Shown piece after piece: positions 50,625 through 64,000 of a stretch of 64,000 nt of DNA. A program made the position numbers and the translations under genes. Source of the stretch: Narcine bancroftii (taxonomy: Eukaryota); the NCBI RefSeq assembly GCF_036971445.1, contig NC_091472.1:248124001-248188000 (forward strand). Reading direction: 5' to 3'. The notes under the pieces were generated by a model that was not told the DNA's origin, ran no database searches, and saw nothing but the letters and a program-made list of their open reading frames with translations. The first letter of the stretch is position 1. The number at the start of each line of letters is the position of its first letter.

Positions 50625-52616
50625 AGTTTCTCAAAAAGAATATATAGCGGAGCTGCTGCAATGGCACCACTGCCATTGGTGCGGACCTGCGGAGAGTGGG
50701 GAGTGGAGTGACAAGGCTCCCATGGGGTCCAACCGCTCAATCAAACTGCCATCAGCTGCTTACAGGCTTTAAATGGTCTTTAAATGGAGCCAACAGTGGT
50801 TTTATTTAAAAATGCTGCCAAGATGGAGGTGCCTATGATTGGCAGCTGGCTCAAGGTGTTACAGACACCAGGGTAGCAGAGGACTAGCGCAAGGCACCAG
50901 AAACTGGGGAGGCCACCCACTCCCCCACCCCATTTGAGAAGGAGAAGCAGAGGAGATAGCCCACAGGATGGTGACCATGGTGGCGAACCACTGAGGGACT
51001 CTGCGGCTGAAGAAAATGCAGGCAGCGGGCTGCTGGTGACTTGAGGTGAGGAGCCCACGCAGGCTGCCAGCTGCTGACAACTGCATTGGAGGGATTCACT
51101 CCAGGCTGCAGGCTGCTGGAGACTGGCTCATGACTGGCTGAAGGAGTGCCAGGTATGGGAACTGGGATGCGAGAGGGTGCCAATGGTGCTGAAGGATCTG
51201 GAGCTTGGGCTGCTGATGGTTTGGACTGGACCCGGTGTGGCTGAGGGGGGCTGCAGAAGTGTTGGAGGTAAATCTAGAACACTCAGTGACTCTAAAGTAG
51301 GGGTGTCAAACTCAAATTCACGGAGGGCCAAAATTAAAAACTTGGACTAAGTCGAGGGCCGAACTAAATATTTATTGAAAATTTTCAACAACATCTGCAT
51401 GTTTTCTCTTCTTTCAACATATGTAATGTTAAACTTTAGGATATAACTTTAGGAGGATAATGTTACAGGTCAGGAGTAGGTAGTTCAAGTTCACCCTTTG
51501 CTTGACCTGAGGGAAACCTATTTGGTCCCTGTGGAGATGTAGTCAGCATTCACAGGCTGTGTCCATTTTGGCCTGCATCAGGACTCAGCATTTCCTCCTC
51601 ACTCCTCAGGCTCTAGGCTTCTATTCACCCTCGACCCACCGTCCCTCTACCTGACCAGTCCTTTACCCAACCTCTACTCACCCCTCACTCCACTCGCTCT
51701 GCCTCTACCCACCCCATCCTATACACGCCCCTCTACTGCCTCTCCCCTCAACCTGTTCCTCCCTCTACCCGTCTCTCACCCTCTAATCACCCCTCCCCTA
51801 CTCGCCCTGCCCCTCCCCTTTTACCTCTTCCCTATCCACCCCTCCTTCTACTCATCCCTCCCTCTAATTGCCCCTCGCACCACCATAACTTCACCTGCCC
51901 ATTACTTCCCTCTGCCCACCCCTGCTTGCCCACCCACTCAGGCCCAGCGCGCTGCCGATCAGCCTTTGTGGACAGCCACCATCTCTCTCTTCACGTGCAG
52001 GGCCGAACCAGCCGTCCTTGGGGTCCGCGCGGGTGCAAGCCCTGAAGGCCGTGGCGACCAGGACAAGTGCGCTCGCGCTGTGGAAGGGCCGTCCGGTGCC
52101 AGTCGCAGAGGGCTCGCGCTGCCCGGGGGCCGTGCGCAGCCTGCCATGCGGGTCGCGCTGACAGGAAATCACAGGCACTCACCAATCCGCCGCACCACTC
52201 GACAGGTGGGAGAAGTGACTGGTTGTACGGGGAGCCTTCCAACCGGCTTGCCGGCTGATGACATCGACAGACTTCTCGTGTTACAATTTCTCGTGTTACA
52301 ATGGGGAAGGATGTGCAATGAAGGGGGAGGATGGTAGGGGTGACATTACCAAAAAACATCGGCGGGACACCTCTAATACATTTTTGAAATGATCTTGCGG
52401 GCCAAATATAATTATATCGCGGCCAAATTTGGCCCGTGGGCCAGAGTTTGACATGTGTGCTCTAAAGGGACTCTCTTTTACTTTTCATTCTCTGACTGTA
52501 AGAGATGCTTCAGGCAATTTCTGCCAATGGCGAACCTGCCTGCCTTACGGCAGACGAAAGCAAGTTTCATGCAATATTGCACTGCCTTTATTACATGACA
52601 ATAAATTGAACCTTGA
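50625..52616 (+). mobile_element. Non-autonomous retroposon with a Rex/L2-like tail, host of the hAT insertion
   Basis: GC-rich non-coding body continuous across the hAT TSD. Ends catgacaataaattgaaccttgaa. Confidence 0.55.
51298..52459. mobile_element. Non-autonomous hAT (Charlie-like) DNA transposon
   Basis: TIRs taggggtgtcaaactc / gagtttgacatgtgtg. Perfect 8-bp TSD ctctaaag (51290-51297, 52460-52467). Subterminal gggcc motifs. Confidence 0.9.
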
Positions 52617-53589
52617 AATGGATCATGGATGGACAGGATGTGAACTGAATGTTCTACCAAAGATTTAAACTATATATATATTAACTTGTCACGCTTTATC
52701 AGAAGAGGTAGTTTCATTCATTTCATTCAACTTGCTGCACTATTACCATTTAGTGTCAGTGAAAATTGTCAAATGAACATTAAAGTATTACAAGTACACT
52801 CAGATTTAACAATGAAAGATGATCGAGTCAGCTTTTCATAAACCTTAGATAATGCCACATTCCACAACAGATTACACTCCTGCTGAGTTCCTCATGTGTA
52901 GAAGACTCTGAACATAATTGAGCTTTTCAGCCAAACCATGAGAAGAGAGTGGAAGGAAGATAATCATGACTCAAGTCATGGAGAGAAACAATTCCAACAC
53001 AGTGAAATATGAAAGTCTGCCGATTCTGAGTTTGTCATCAAATCACAGAAATGCTGGACGAACTCAAGAAGTCTCACCCATACCTCCTTCAAGGTATGAG
53101 TGAAAAGCAGGCAGGTGTCTGAATTAAAATTCTGGGGACAAGGGAAGAAAAGGCAGGAGGAGGAGTACAGACTAACAGATGTCTGTTTTTAATCCAAACA
53201 CAGCGACAGACTTTGAATGTTAACAAATGTCGGAGTTAAAAGTTGAAGTGTGCTATGCAGGGTGACCTCTTAGTGGTGATAAAAATCAAAAGTGTACATG
53301 TAAATGGCTTAATTCCTCAAAAAGACTTAATTTCAGGAATATTAAAAGGTTTTGCTTGTGAATATCTTCCATGGGTTGATCCAGATGATGCTGTGCAAGA
53401 AACAATAGAAAATTCAATTGGGTTGAATCAGGAAGTCAATATAAGTTTCTCGGAAATGATCAAAGCAACAAAATAATACTTGCAAATAGATTAAATATGT
53501 AAACAATTTGTTCATGCAGGTTGCTCATTGTTGAGAATGTAAATGAATAACAAAGTGTTGTTAGAGTTATAAAACTCAGTTGTACATGT

Positions 53590-53920
53590 TCTAGGGTGGG
53601 CAACATTTTTTTAAACTCACTATGCCATAGTGCTCTGTGATTAGTAAGGCATTACTAATTAGTAAGGCATTAGGTGGTATGTGAGTGGGAAGAAAAAGTT
53701 TGAAAACCACTGTTTTAATAATACCTAATTGACTCGTTATGTGCATGGTTTCATAGCTCCAAAGGAAATGGGCCAATGATCAATTTTTCTTAAGCAAAAT
53801 ATTTCAGTAACAATTGGGTCTAGAGCAATGATTCTCACTCACATACCACCTTAAGTAATCCTTTACTAATCACAGAGCACTGATGGCATAGGGATTACTT
53901 AAGGTGGAATATGAGTAGCC
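53590..53920. mobile_element. hAT MITE composite related to 2001-2123
   Basis: ctctgtgattagtaag...aaaaagtttgaaaaccactg, and an inverted second unit (cataccaccttaagtaatcc...taatcacagag). Confidence 0.7.
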
Positions 53921-54149
53921 CTGTAAGTAGTTCTTCATAATTCCCTGGTGTACAGGTCGGAAGGACATGCACAAAGATTACAGTTCCATTTTCTCCTTCC
54001 ATACCTGCTTCTCCTCCCTCCTCTTCCAACTCTTCTCTTCCTACCACTCCTCTGATTTTCTTTTCCTTTATTTACAGGATGTGGATGGTGATAAGTAACA
54101 CCACCATTTTCTGTCCATCCTTGATTGACCCTGAACTAAGGTGACAGTT

Positions 54150-54420
54150 AAAACTTCTGTCTGGAGTTGTATATAGGTCCAAGTGGAGGAAGCAGGCAGA
54201 TGTCCATCCCTAAAATGACATCTGTGAATGAAGTAGGCTTTTACAATGATCAGGTCCTTCCTTGTGCGCACTTATTGAGACAAGCTTTTCTTCAACAAAA
54301 GTGTAAGATTATTTAAATACTTGAATTTAATTTTTTCTGTAGACATGGAGGGATTCAAGTCATTGTTTTGGATCAATTAACTAGAATCTTGATTCCTTTG
54401 CAGTAACTGAACCAAACTCA
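54150..54420 (-). mobile_element. Old shark-type tRNA SINE remnant
   Basis: ctggagttgtatataggtcc...ggcagatgtccatccctaaaatgacat resembles, from memory, a widespread elasmobranch SINE. Confidence 0.4.
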
Positions 54421-54699
54421 TTTTTTTCCTATTTAATCTTCATTTCCTCTCCTCATCTTGCTCCAATTATTCCTCCTTTTCCTTTTTTTCTTCTTGTTTT
54501 ATGTCTTCCTATACAATGGACTTGCGCTCTACCTTTCTGATGGACTGATACCATCCCAGGCCACAGATGATACTTGAAGCATGAAGTCCTGTCTTGTGGA
54601 AAATGTAAGGTACCATCTGATGGTCCAGTATCACATTGATGACATTCTTTTTTAAATTTCACATCTGGTTGTAACTCTACTCTTCACACCACCTAAAGG

Positions 54700-55680
54700 A
54701 ATGGCTTCAACCTAAGACTCAATGTGGACAAGATAAATTAGATGTTTGTGGAATTCAGGAAGACCTGGAATGACCACCCTCCACTTCACATCAACAACTC
54801 TGTAGTAGAGTGAATGGATAGCATCATTTCCTTGGAGTGACCTAGTCTGGAATCACAATATCTCCTCACTTGTCAGGAAGGTGCAACAGTGACTGCACTT
54901 ACTGAGAAGGCTGAAGTGGGAAGGGCTACCAGCTTTCTACATGATCTCTATCAAGACCATTCAAGCCAGCTGCATCACAGTGTATCAAAGGTCAATCCAC
55001 AGGACCAAAGAGTGGCAGAGAGGATCACTCTCTCCCCTCTCTGCCCCCATCGATATGACCTACCAGGATCAATGACTGAACAGTGCACACTAAATATTTG
55101 AGGACCCTTTCCACCTCACAGAAAGCATTTTTCAGCTGCTCCAATCAGGAAAGTGATACAGAAGTACCAGAGCCAGCACCACCAGGCTGAGGTACAGCTT
55201 CTTCTCACAGGCAGTAGGTGCTTTCACTCTGAGATCCTGGTAAATTGGTGTGTCAATGACCCGTGTTTATAGCCGGGCCGGGTCAGTTGGGAGCATTCAC
55301 ACTGAACCAAGAAAAGCCAGTTCAGTGCGACCTTTTACACAGCCCAGGTCAAAATGAGGTGGGACCTGCAGTGATACATCATTGGTATCCCAGAAAGGCA
55401 GGGAACCCTTTCACACTGGAGCTGAAGCGTTTCGCATCAGCTCTGATACGACTACCTTGGCGGGTAAGTACCGGGACGAAAATGACCCCAGCATACCATG
55501 TTGGTACTGTTCACACAGGCAGGTGAAATGGCAAAAAAAAGGCAAATAAATACCAGCTTTCAGTGGCAGTGTGAAAGCACCAAGTGAGAATGCTGAATGA
55601 CCAAATAAACTGCTCACACTAACCACCTGAGATTTTCATATTCCCGAAACATTATATATTTATTTATTTATTGAACATCT
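54700..55680 (+). mobile_element. Rex/Babar-type LINE 3' fragment split by a MITE
   Basis: LQLLQSGK.YRSTRASTTRLRYSFFSQAV-RMLN C-terminus is continuous across 55216-55582. Confidence 0.75.
55216..55582. mobile_element. PIF/Harbinger-like MITE
   Basis: TIR ggtgctttcac / gtgaaagcacc. 3-bp TSD agt (55213-55215, 55583-55585). Internal repeated ttcacactg motifs. Confidence 0.8.
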
Positions 55681-55736
55681 TGCTCCATCCCCAGCCTTTC
55701 CTTCATCAACTTTCCTGGTAACCTCCTCAATAAAGG

Positions 55737-58700
55737 TTTTTTCTTTTTAAAATATTGTTATTGATTTTAATAAAGAACTTATACAAATAAAAATAGTACA
55801 ATTAAATAAAATGATGAATACAGTTACAGAATAAATAAGACACTACATACATAAATCATATCTGTAATTCTTTTCTTTATAAAATATTTTGAATCTTATT
55901 TAAATCATTAACAATTAAACATCTCAATTCCTATTATATTTAAGAAATATTCTCAAAATATGATCTAAATTCTGCACTCCAAACAAGAAGAAATTATCAT
56001 TTATTTTCAAGGGACGTAAAATTTCTTTTATTTAAAAAAATTCTCTACCCTTTTCTTCTCCTTCTATAATATAATCAATATTTACAATTCTCAACTAAAC
56101 AAAACAATTATCTACTATACTAACAAAAAAATAAGGAAAAAAAACCTTTAAATCAATACCTCTAAACAAGGTTATCTGAAAAAAAAAGGATACATGGGAA
56201 TCAGGGAATCAATGGCACCAACCTGGAACCAGACAGCACTGCACCAATGCATCTAAACACCCTAATTCTTTAGGTTATGATAAATGTCCATAAATGGGCC
56301 CCACATCTTATGGAAGTTAATATTTATATCTTTAATAGTGTATCTGATTTTTTTTTCTAAACCAAGGTAAGATATGATATCATTTAGCCATTGTGTATGT
56401 TTAGGTGGGGTATTGTCTTTGCATTTAATCAAATTTGCCCATCTGGCCACCAAAGAAGTAAAAGATAAAATTCGATTTTGAGTTGGAATCCGTAAAACAT
56501 CATCTTATTGAAAGATCCAAATAAAGCAATTAAGGAACAGGGTTCTACTTGCACCTTAAAAATCACCAATAAAATTTGAAAGATATCTTCCCAAAATTTT
56601 TCTAAACGAGAGCAAGCCTAGAACATATGAATTAACGAAGCCTCAAAAATTTTGCATTTGTCACATAAAGGATTACAATCTGAATAAAAGCAAGATAGTT
56701 TTACTTTAGACAGATGAACTCTATAGACCACCTTAAATTGCAACAATGTTGTACACAGAAGGTCGTATGTTAATCAGATTACACATATAGTCCCAAACCT
56801 CATCTGAAAGTGATAAATACAAATCCTGTTCCCAATCATTCTTGATCCTAACTAATGAGACTATTCTTAAGTCCAATAAATTGTTATAAATAATTGATGT
56901 TGAGCCTTTATGAGAAAACTAAACATCAAAAAATAAATCAAGAATATTTATATCAGGAATCTGCAGAAAGTCAAGGATCTTTGATTGAACAAAATTTCTA
57001 ACCTTTAGATACCAAAAAAAAATGAGTGTTTGGTAAGTTAAATTTTACCACCAATTGCTCAAAGGAACTCAAACTTTTTTAAATAAAAAGATCTTTAAAA
57101 CATTTAATACCTAACCTATGCCAGTCCTTAAAAACAGTACCTAATAAAGAAGGTTGAAAAAGCTGGTTAGTTATAATAGGACTGACCAGGGAAAAACTTG
57201 GAAATCCAAAAAAACTTCTGAATTGTTCCCATATTCTCAAACTATGTTTCATTAATGGGTTATCATTCAGTTTATAAAAGGAAAAGGGTAGAAAGAACTC
57301 TAAAATTGCCAATATAGATGTGCTTTTAGTAAAATTGAATTCCATTTCTACCCATAGAGAGTGGTCAACTCATTTATTGAACTGCACCAAAAAAAATCAG
57401 ATTATGAATAATGATTGCCCAATAATAAAATCTAAAATTAGGAAATGCCAATCCACCATTTCTTTTAGTCTTTTGAAGATGAGCTTTATTTAATCAGGGG
57501 TGTTTCCCGTGCCATATGTAAGAAGAGATAAGCGAATCCAGTAAATCAAAACAGGATTTAGGAATAAAAATTGGTAAAGATTTGAAAAGTTACAAAAATT
57601 TAGGTAAAATGTTCCTTTTAATAGAATTAATATGTCCAATCATAGTAATAAATAAAGGTAACCATCTCAATAACAATGATTTGACCTGATTAAATACAAC
57701 AGAATTGTTGTAATTCCTAGTAATTGTAATTCAAAGATAGATAAATTGATCGTTCAGTCTTAAAAGAGAAATTAGAATATCTTAATAAGAAATGCTTTAA
57801 GGGTAAGAGTTCACTTTTATGCAGATTTAATTTAAAGACAGATAACTGTAATATCAGCAAATAAAATTAATTTGTTTGATTATAGAAACATCAGGATTGG
57901 ATATAAAGTGCAAAAGATCATCTGCATATAAGGAAACCTTATGTACGATACCATTCCTATATATCCTTTTAAAATTTCTACTTTCCTGAGAGCAATTGTT
58001 AGAGGTTCTAGTACCTGGTTAAAAAGCAAAGGACTTAAAGGATAACCTTGATGGGTACCCTGCTGAAGCCTAAAAAGTTTTGATTGCTGTGAATTAGTAA
58101 GAATTAAGGCAGTAGGACATAAATATAATAATTTAACCTATTTAATAAAACATGGTCCAAAATTCAATTTTTCCAAAATGGCAAATAAATTTTCCCATTC
58201 CACCTGATCAAAAGTCTTCTTGGCATCTAAAAAAAATACATTTTGGATCAGGAGTAGCAGGTGAATATATGTTGACAGAGTGGTTAAGAAGGCATTTGGT
58301 ATGCTGGCCTTCATAAATCATAGCATAGAGTATAGGAGCTGGGAAGTGATGATGCGACTGTTTAAGGCATTGGTGAGGCCAGATTTGGAGTATTATGTTC
58401 AGTTCTGGTCTCCAAATTATAGGAAGGATATAGATAAGGTGGAAAGGGTGCAGAGAAGATTTACAAGGATGTTGCCTGGCTTAAAATACCTAGAGTACAG
58501 AGAAAGATTGAAGAGATAAGGACATTATTCCTTGGAATATAGAAAATTGAGAAGGGATTTGATAGAGGTGTTTAAAATTATGAAAGGAATAGATAGGCTA
58601 GATGCAAGTAGACTATTACCCCCTGAGAGCAGGGGAGGTTGAAACAAGAGGACACAAATTGAGGGTAAGGGGGCAAAATTTTAGGAGAAACAATAGAGGA

Positions 58701-61700
58701 TGCTTCTTCACTCAGAGAGTGGTGACTGAATGAAATAATCTTCCGGAGGAAATAGTTGAGGCAGAGTCAATTCTTTCATTTAAGAGGAGGCTGGATATAT
58801 AAATGGATAAGAGGGGGTTAGAGGGTTATAGGCAGAGAATAGGTGAGGGAGCTAGTGGAGTTGTTTGTGTAACCTGGCATGGACTTGTAGGGCCGAGATG
58901 GCCTGTTTCCATGCCATAAACTGTTATATGGTTAAAATATTCAATAATTGATGTATATTAAAATAAGAATATTGCTTCTTAATAAAACCAGTTTGGTCCT
59001 CAGAAATAATTAATGGTAAAGTATCTCTAATCTAAGGACCAAAGGTTTGGACAAAATCTTCATATCCACATTAAGTAATAAAATAAGCCTATATGGTACA
59101 TTCAATGGGGTCTTTTCCTTTTTTTCAAAATAAAATAGATTCAAGACTCATTAAAAGGTAATGGAAGCATCATCAAACACAGATCTTCAATAAGGTAATA
59201 TAGAAAAAGATTTATAAACTTCAACAAGATATCCATCTGGTCCTGGAGATTTACCAGATTGTAAGGAGGAAATCGCTAGTAATATTTTCTCATGAGAAAT
59301 TGGAGCCTCCAGACTTGTATGTTTATTCTGATAAAGTGTAGGCTGATTTAGGCAGTACAAGAAATCCAATACTGAAATATAATTTTAGTTAAATTCAGAT
59401 GTATAGAGTTTAGAGTAGAATTCGCTAAAGGTATCATTTATTTTAAAGTGGTCAGTAGTCACTGTATCATCTCCCATTCAAATCTCTTTTTTTTAGCAGG
59501 CATTCCTTTCAGTTGGCTAGCCAAAAGCTTGCCAAACTTTTCATTATGAATGTAAAAATAACTCTTACTCCTCAACAGTTGCTTTTTGATGGGGTAAGTA
59601 GAAAGAAAATCAAATTTAGTTTTAAGCTCAACTCTCATTTTATATAAATCTGGACTTTTATCTTGAGCGTATTGTAAATCAATTATTTTGATTTGATTAA
59701 TTAATTCCAATCTTTCTTATTTATCTTCTTATTCATATTAGCTGTATAAGAAATAATTTGCCCTCTCAGATATGCTGTCATTGTATCCATACAATTAGAT
59801 TAGAAATAGGTGGGGGGAAAATAAAAAACTGTATTGGTTTTTTTCCATAATTTTTTTTTTTTTAAAACTCATTATCTGAGAGTAAGGTCGAATTAAAATG
59901 CCAATACCTTTTTATGAAAGGAATGTCAGTCAAACTCAGACAAGATAACAGGAGCATAATCAGATATAATAATTCCTTGATATTCACATGATTTGGTCAT
60001 TGAAATCAATTGATTATCTTTTAGAAATAATCAAATCTAGAATAGGAATGATGCACATTTAAAAAAAAAGTATATTCTCTATTATTAGGATATAAAAAAA
60101 GCCAAACATCTGAAATACCAAAATTTGTTTAAAAAGAGTGGATTACAGCTGCTTATTTAGTAAGAACTGCTGGTTTAGAGGAAGAATGATTTAAAGCAGT
60201 ATTTAGTCAACAATTAAAATCACCTCCAAAAATCAATGAATATTGACTTAAATCATGTAGGCTGAAAAAAAATCAAAAAATACTGGCTCATCACTGTTCA
60301 GGGCATATACGTTAGCCAACACCACCATTTTATTATATAATTTACCTGTAAGAATAATGTAACAGTCTTGTTTGTCTGATATAGTGTTATGAAGTACAAC
60401 TGGAATATTTTGATTAATTAAAATGGAAATTCCCCTGATTTTAGCATCAGTAGAAGAATGAAAACATTGACCCTTCCATTCGAACATGAGCCTATCTTTG
60501 TCAGAATTCCTAAAATAAGTTTCTTGAAGAAAAACAATATCTGCCTTTAAATACCTAGCATGGTACTCAATGACCTGTAATTGTCCCATTCATACCTTTA
60601 ATATTCCAATGATATAAACCTAATAGAGGAAATCATGGAACTTAATTAATATTAATTGGTGTTATATAGATGCTCCAGCTGCATATGTCACTGTTCCAAA
60701 AGCTGTCATCTTCAAACCATGCTGAAACACAAAATATGTAAAACATGAAATACAATAATCTTGAAAATCCCATACAAACCCAAGCAAACACCCTCCCTTC
60801 CAACCCTCCCTATTCCGAAGGTTGCCAAACAGAGTTGCAATCAGCTCTCGAAAATACATCAAACCCCACTCACTTCTGCTGTAGATCTTATTACAGCTCC
60901 TGATATTTAAAAAAACCCTGAATAGTTAATAAATTTTCCACACAAATATGTGCAGTATAATTGTTTCTGATTTCAGCAAGCATGATGAAAAAAAACTCCC
61001 TACCCAACTTCATTAAGCTTTTATAAAAAATATTTCAAACTCAGTAACTTAAATACTTAACCTTTCAAATAACAATGGGAAAGAAACTTTCCAAAAATGA
61101 GAGAGAAGAGAATTCTCCCGCCCCCCCCCCCACCTGAAACAGATAAAATTCAGACTCAAAGTGTTAACTCATGATGGACTTGAAGTTAAAGCAGGATCAG
61201 ACAAAACCTTGTGGCTGTCCTCCATGGATTTAAAAAATTTATTGCGGCCATCATCCGTAATAATCCTCCGCCATGCTGGATACAACAATGACAATCTGAG
61301 TCCTTGGCTGTAAACTTCAGCCATGACCTCAGGGTACTTTCTCCGCATCTCCTGTGACTTCAGTGCAGAAATCTTCAACAAATCTAATATGTTTGCCCTG
61401 ATAGGTCAGGTCTCGTTGCAAGGGACCTATCAAATAGCTCATTCATTTTCTTCAAAATAGTGAAAACAAAGAATTACCAATCATGGGTGATTTTCGGCTT
61501 GGAATCAATGAGTAATGTGCTCTATTGAGCATGGGATGAGGATCTAAAAAGTCTTTTCCCCACACCTCTTTAAGTAATTTAGAAAAGAATTCAATCAGCT
61601 GTCTTTTCTCAGTATCTTCTTTTAAGCCCTAAATACTAATGTTATTACGATTATTCTGGGGCCCCCAAGTCGACCACCCGCAAAGTTCACTCACAATTGC

Positions 61701-62098
61701 TCACAACTGTTTCTTCAGAATGACTTTCTAGCCTCTCAATTCAATTATTCACCGATACCAACAAACAATCTTCATTTATTGAGATTGAGAGTAAAACCTT
61801 TTCAAGCTTGACATCGATCTCTTGATAGCATTCTTTCATGGCTGCATTTAATTGTCTCGTTATCTCATATTAGTTATGAGGTCTGAAGTCAGAGGGACTG
61901 CTTCTTCTTTACCCTGTTTTGCTGCCTTGGCACCTCGTGTTGATGTAATTTTCAGAAATAAAGTTGTATTAAATAGCAAAGGAACCAAGGTTAAGTCATT
62001 TTGGCAAAACAAAATTGAATAAGTGTAAAATGTTAAAAAGCTGCCAGGAACTCTTGACTACTACCCCCTACAGCATGTAGTCGCCAGCCGGAAATCCG
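55737..62098 (-). mobile_element. Near full-length decayed L1/Tx1 LINE (5'UTR, ORF1, ORF2)
   Basis: ORF1 C-terminus (LSLLYPAWRRIIT, 61169-61381), endonuclease (LKADIVFLQETY, 60248-60589), KSPGPDGY (59187-59369), SLYADDLL (about 57912-57935), T-run tail at about 55737. Confidence 0.9.
58271..58933 (+). mobile_element. Young CR1 3' fragment inserted into the L1
   Basis: ORF 58280-58519 (LVRPDLEYYVQFWSPNYRKDIDKVERVQRRFTRMLPGL) and a ttatatggtt tail. Confidence 0.95.
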
Positions 62099-62099
62099 A

Positions 62100-62625
62100 A
62101 AAACTGTAAGATTGGTTAAGCACAATCTACCACGCATTATCGGTAGTGTAAAGACCCATACTCAAGAAAAGGAACATATACAAAAGAAATAAATGTAAAC
62201 AAAGAAAAAAATATTAAAAAACTGTGCAATGCAAAATAAAATTAGTAATAAATGATGTGCAAAGTAAGAGTCTTTAAATGAGTGTCTGATTGAGTTTGTC
62301 GTCGAGGAGTCTGATGGTGGAGGGTAGCAACTGTTCCTGAACCTGGTGGTCCAAGTCTTGTGGCACCTAGACCTCTTTCCTGACGGCAGCAGTGAGAACA
62401 GAGCACGTGCTGGGATCCTTGAAGATTGCTGCTGCTCTCTGATGGCAGCATTCCCTGTAGATGTTCTCGATGGTGAGGAGAATTTTGCCTATGATGTACT
62501 GAGTTGTGTCCACTTCCTTTTTCAGGGCTTTACTCTCAGAGATATTGGTGCCCCCATACAAGGCCGTGATGGATCCAGTCAGCACACTTCCCACTACACA
62601 TTTGTAGAATTTTGCCAAGGTTTGA
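62100..62625 (-). mobile_element. Rex/Babar-type LINE 3' fragment
   Basis: ORF 62367-62618 (FYKCVVGSVLTGSITALYG...AAAIFKDP). Confidence 0.85.
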
Positions 62626-62639
62626 TCATTGTGATGTCA

Positions 62640-62900
62640 TTAGCACTATGCACCAAGACTGAAGATATCTATCCAGTCACGTGTGCAGTGACAACTCCAT
62701 TGAGATTCTGATTGTGTGTTTGGATAGAGTTGGTTCTGCAGAAAGGCAGCTGATTGACTCCATCAACTGCAGAGTTGCCTGTACCCGTGCAATAGCGGAG
62801 AACTGAGATATGTGAGGAGGGTCCAGATCAGCTGCCACCTGGAATGAGAGTACATCTTCTTTCACTGAGTTAATAGTAGAGCTCTTCCACTGAAAAACAA
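62640..62900 (-). mobile_element. Possible decayed PIF/Harbinger transposase fragment
   Basis: LSFQVAADLDPPHISQFSAIARV resembles Harbinger GSFQ.AAGDLCGISQSAAHRCI. Confidence 0.35.
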
Positions 62901-64000
62901 TCTTTAGAGCACCAGTCGGATTTAGTGATCATTAAACTGAGAATCTAGTGCGTGGTTGTTCTTTTACCTATCTTCAATATTAACCCTAGGCTGAGGATTC
63001 ATCTTAAATTAATCTCGCCTATCTTTTCTTAGCTTAGTCATCCACTGAGCCACCTTTCCAAATCCTACCATATCTTTTTAACCCATTTTGGCAACCCTTT
63101 TTTAGTTAGTTATTCCTTTAAATGTGACTTCAGTGCAGCATTATTTCTCACTATCAACACATCCCTAGCCCCAACCCAGTTTGTACTTGATGCTATGAAT
63201 AATTATAGAAATAAGCTTCTGTTGGGGAATTAAACATTGTTTGCTCAACATTTTGGGCAGGATTTATACCACTGACTTAGACCTAAAAAGAAAAAGCAGT
63301 GCCATTGACCATTGTGCGAAACATTGGTGACTTCATTAGTAAATATGAAACAAAGGGAATGCTTAAACACCAAAGTCTGGAGTGTTTAATACTTAAAAGG
63401 GTGTAGCTGGACTGTACCTATTGACAACACAGTTTTTTATCCTCCATCTTATCCTCATTTGACATTTCTATGCTTTAATCATGGAGTTGCCAACATTTCA
63501 CAAACTCCGAACAAAAATCAATTACTGACTAAATAAGAAAAACCACCAAGCCAAAGGTGATTATTTCAGCTTACTACTTGTCACAGAATTTTGTTACCCA
63601 TGCTTGAAAGGAAAGAGACACCAATAAACATTGTTCGTATTGAAAAGTCTCATGTTTCTTATTAATGGTGTGTGAAACAAATTGAGAAGAGATAGCAACA
63701 GCAGAAATTGAATGCATTCAATACAGGACCACCAACCCGAGTTTAATTTGAAAGAACATATCCTATTTACACTCCTACCACTAGTACATAGAATTTTCAA
63801 TCTATCAGATAAGCTTTCCTAAAGGACTATCATAGGATCACATCGCTTAGTCATCAATCAAGCTGTCATATACTGAACAGGCAAAACACCACTTGAATTA
63901 ACTTATTTCAATACATACTGGGAATGATGGGATTCTCCTTGAGCTTCCTACTTCTTTAACCACTTCCAATGGCTACACCTTCCCCAATAAGTTTATTGTA

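Noticed and set aside
51891-52359. Overlapping GC-rich ORFs in several frames
   Set aside because: Stop-codon depletion from high GC inside a non-autonomous hAT; no protein motif.

Overview
Eukaryotic, vertebrate DNA. The repeat inventory (HE1/V-SINE-like SINEs, CR1, Rex/Babar, L1/Tx1, RTE, Penelope-like elements, Gypsy-type solo LTRs, hAT/Tigger/Harbinger MITEs) points to a cartilaginous fish, probably a ray; this is inference from recalled repeat families, not from a database search. I found no intact host protein-coding gene, RNA gene or CRISPR array. Every recognisable ORF in the track is a decayed transposon fragment, and the rest are spurious or span N-gaps (5111-5279, 27757-27901, 40001-40316). 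The window reads as a gene desert or very large intron: dense, often nested transposon insertions (many with readable target-site duplications) separated by AT-rich repeat-free islands that resemble conserved enhancers. The most unusual observations are: (1) a perfect 38-bp inverted repeat linking the U5-like end of an LTR to its upstream internal region; (2) a young hAT element carrying a CpG-rich segment with an apparent GT-AG intron; (3) Penelope inserts with inverted pseudo-LTRs and decayed minimal hammerhead cores; (4) a fossil Academ-like XPG/PIN transposon; (5) a young AviRTE-like RTE fused to a SINE; (6) one candidate 141-bp exon. Boundaries of old elements are approximate.
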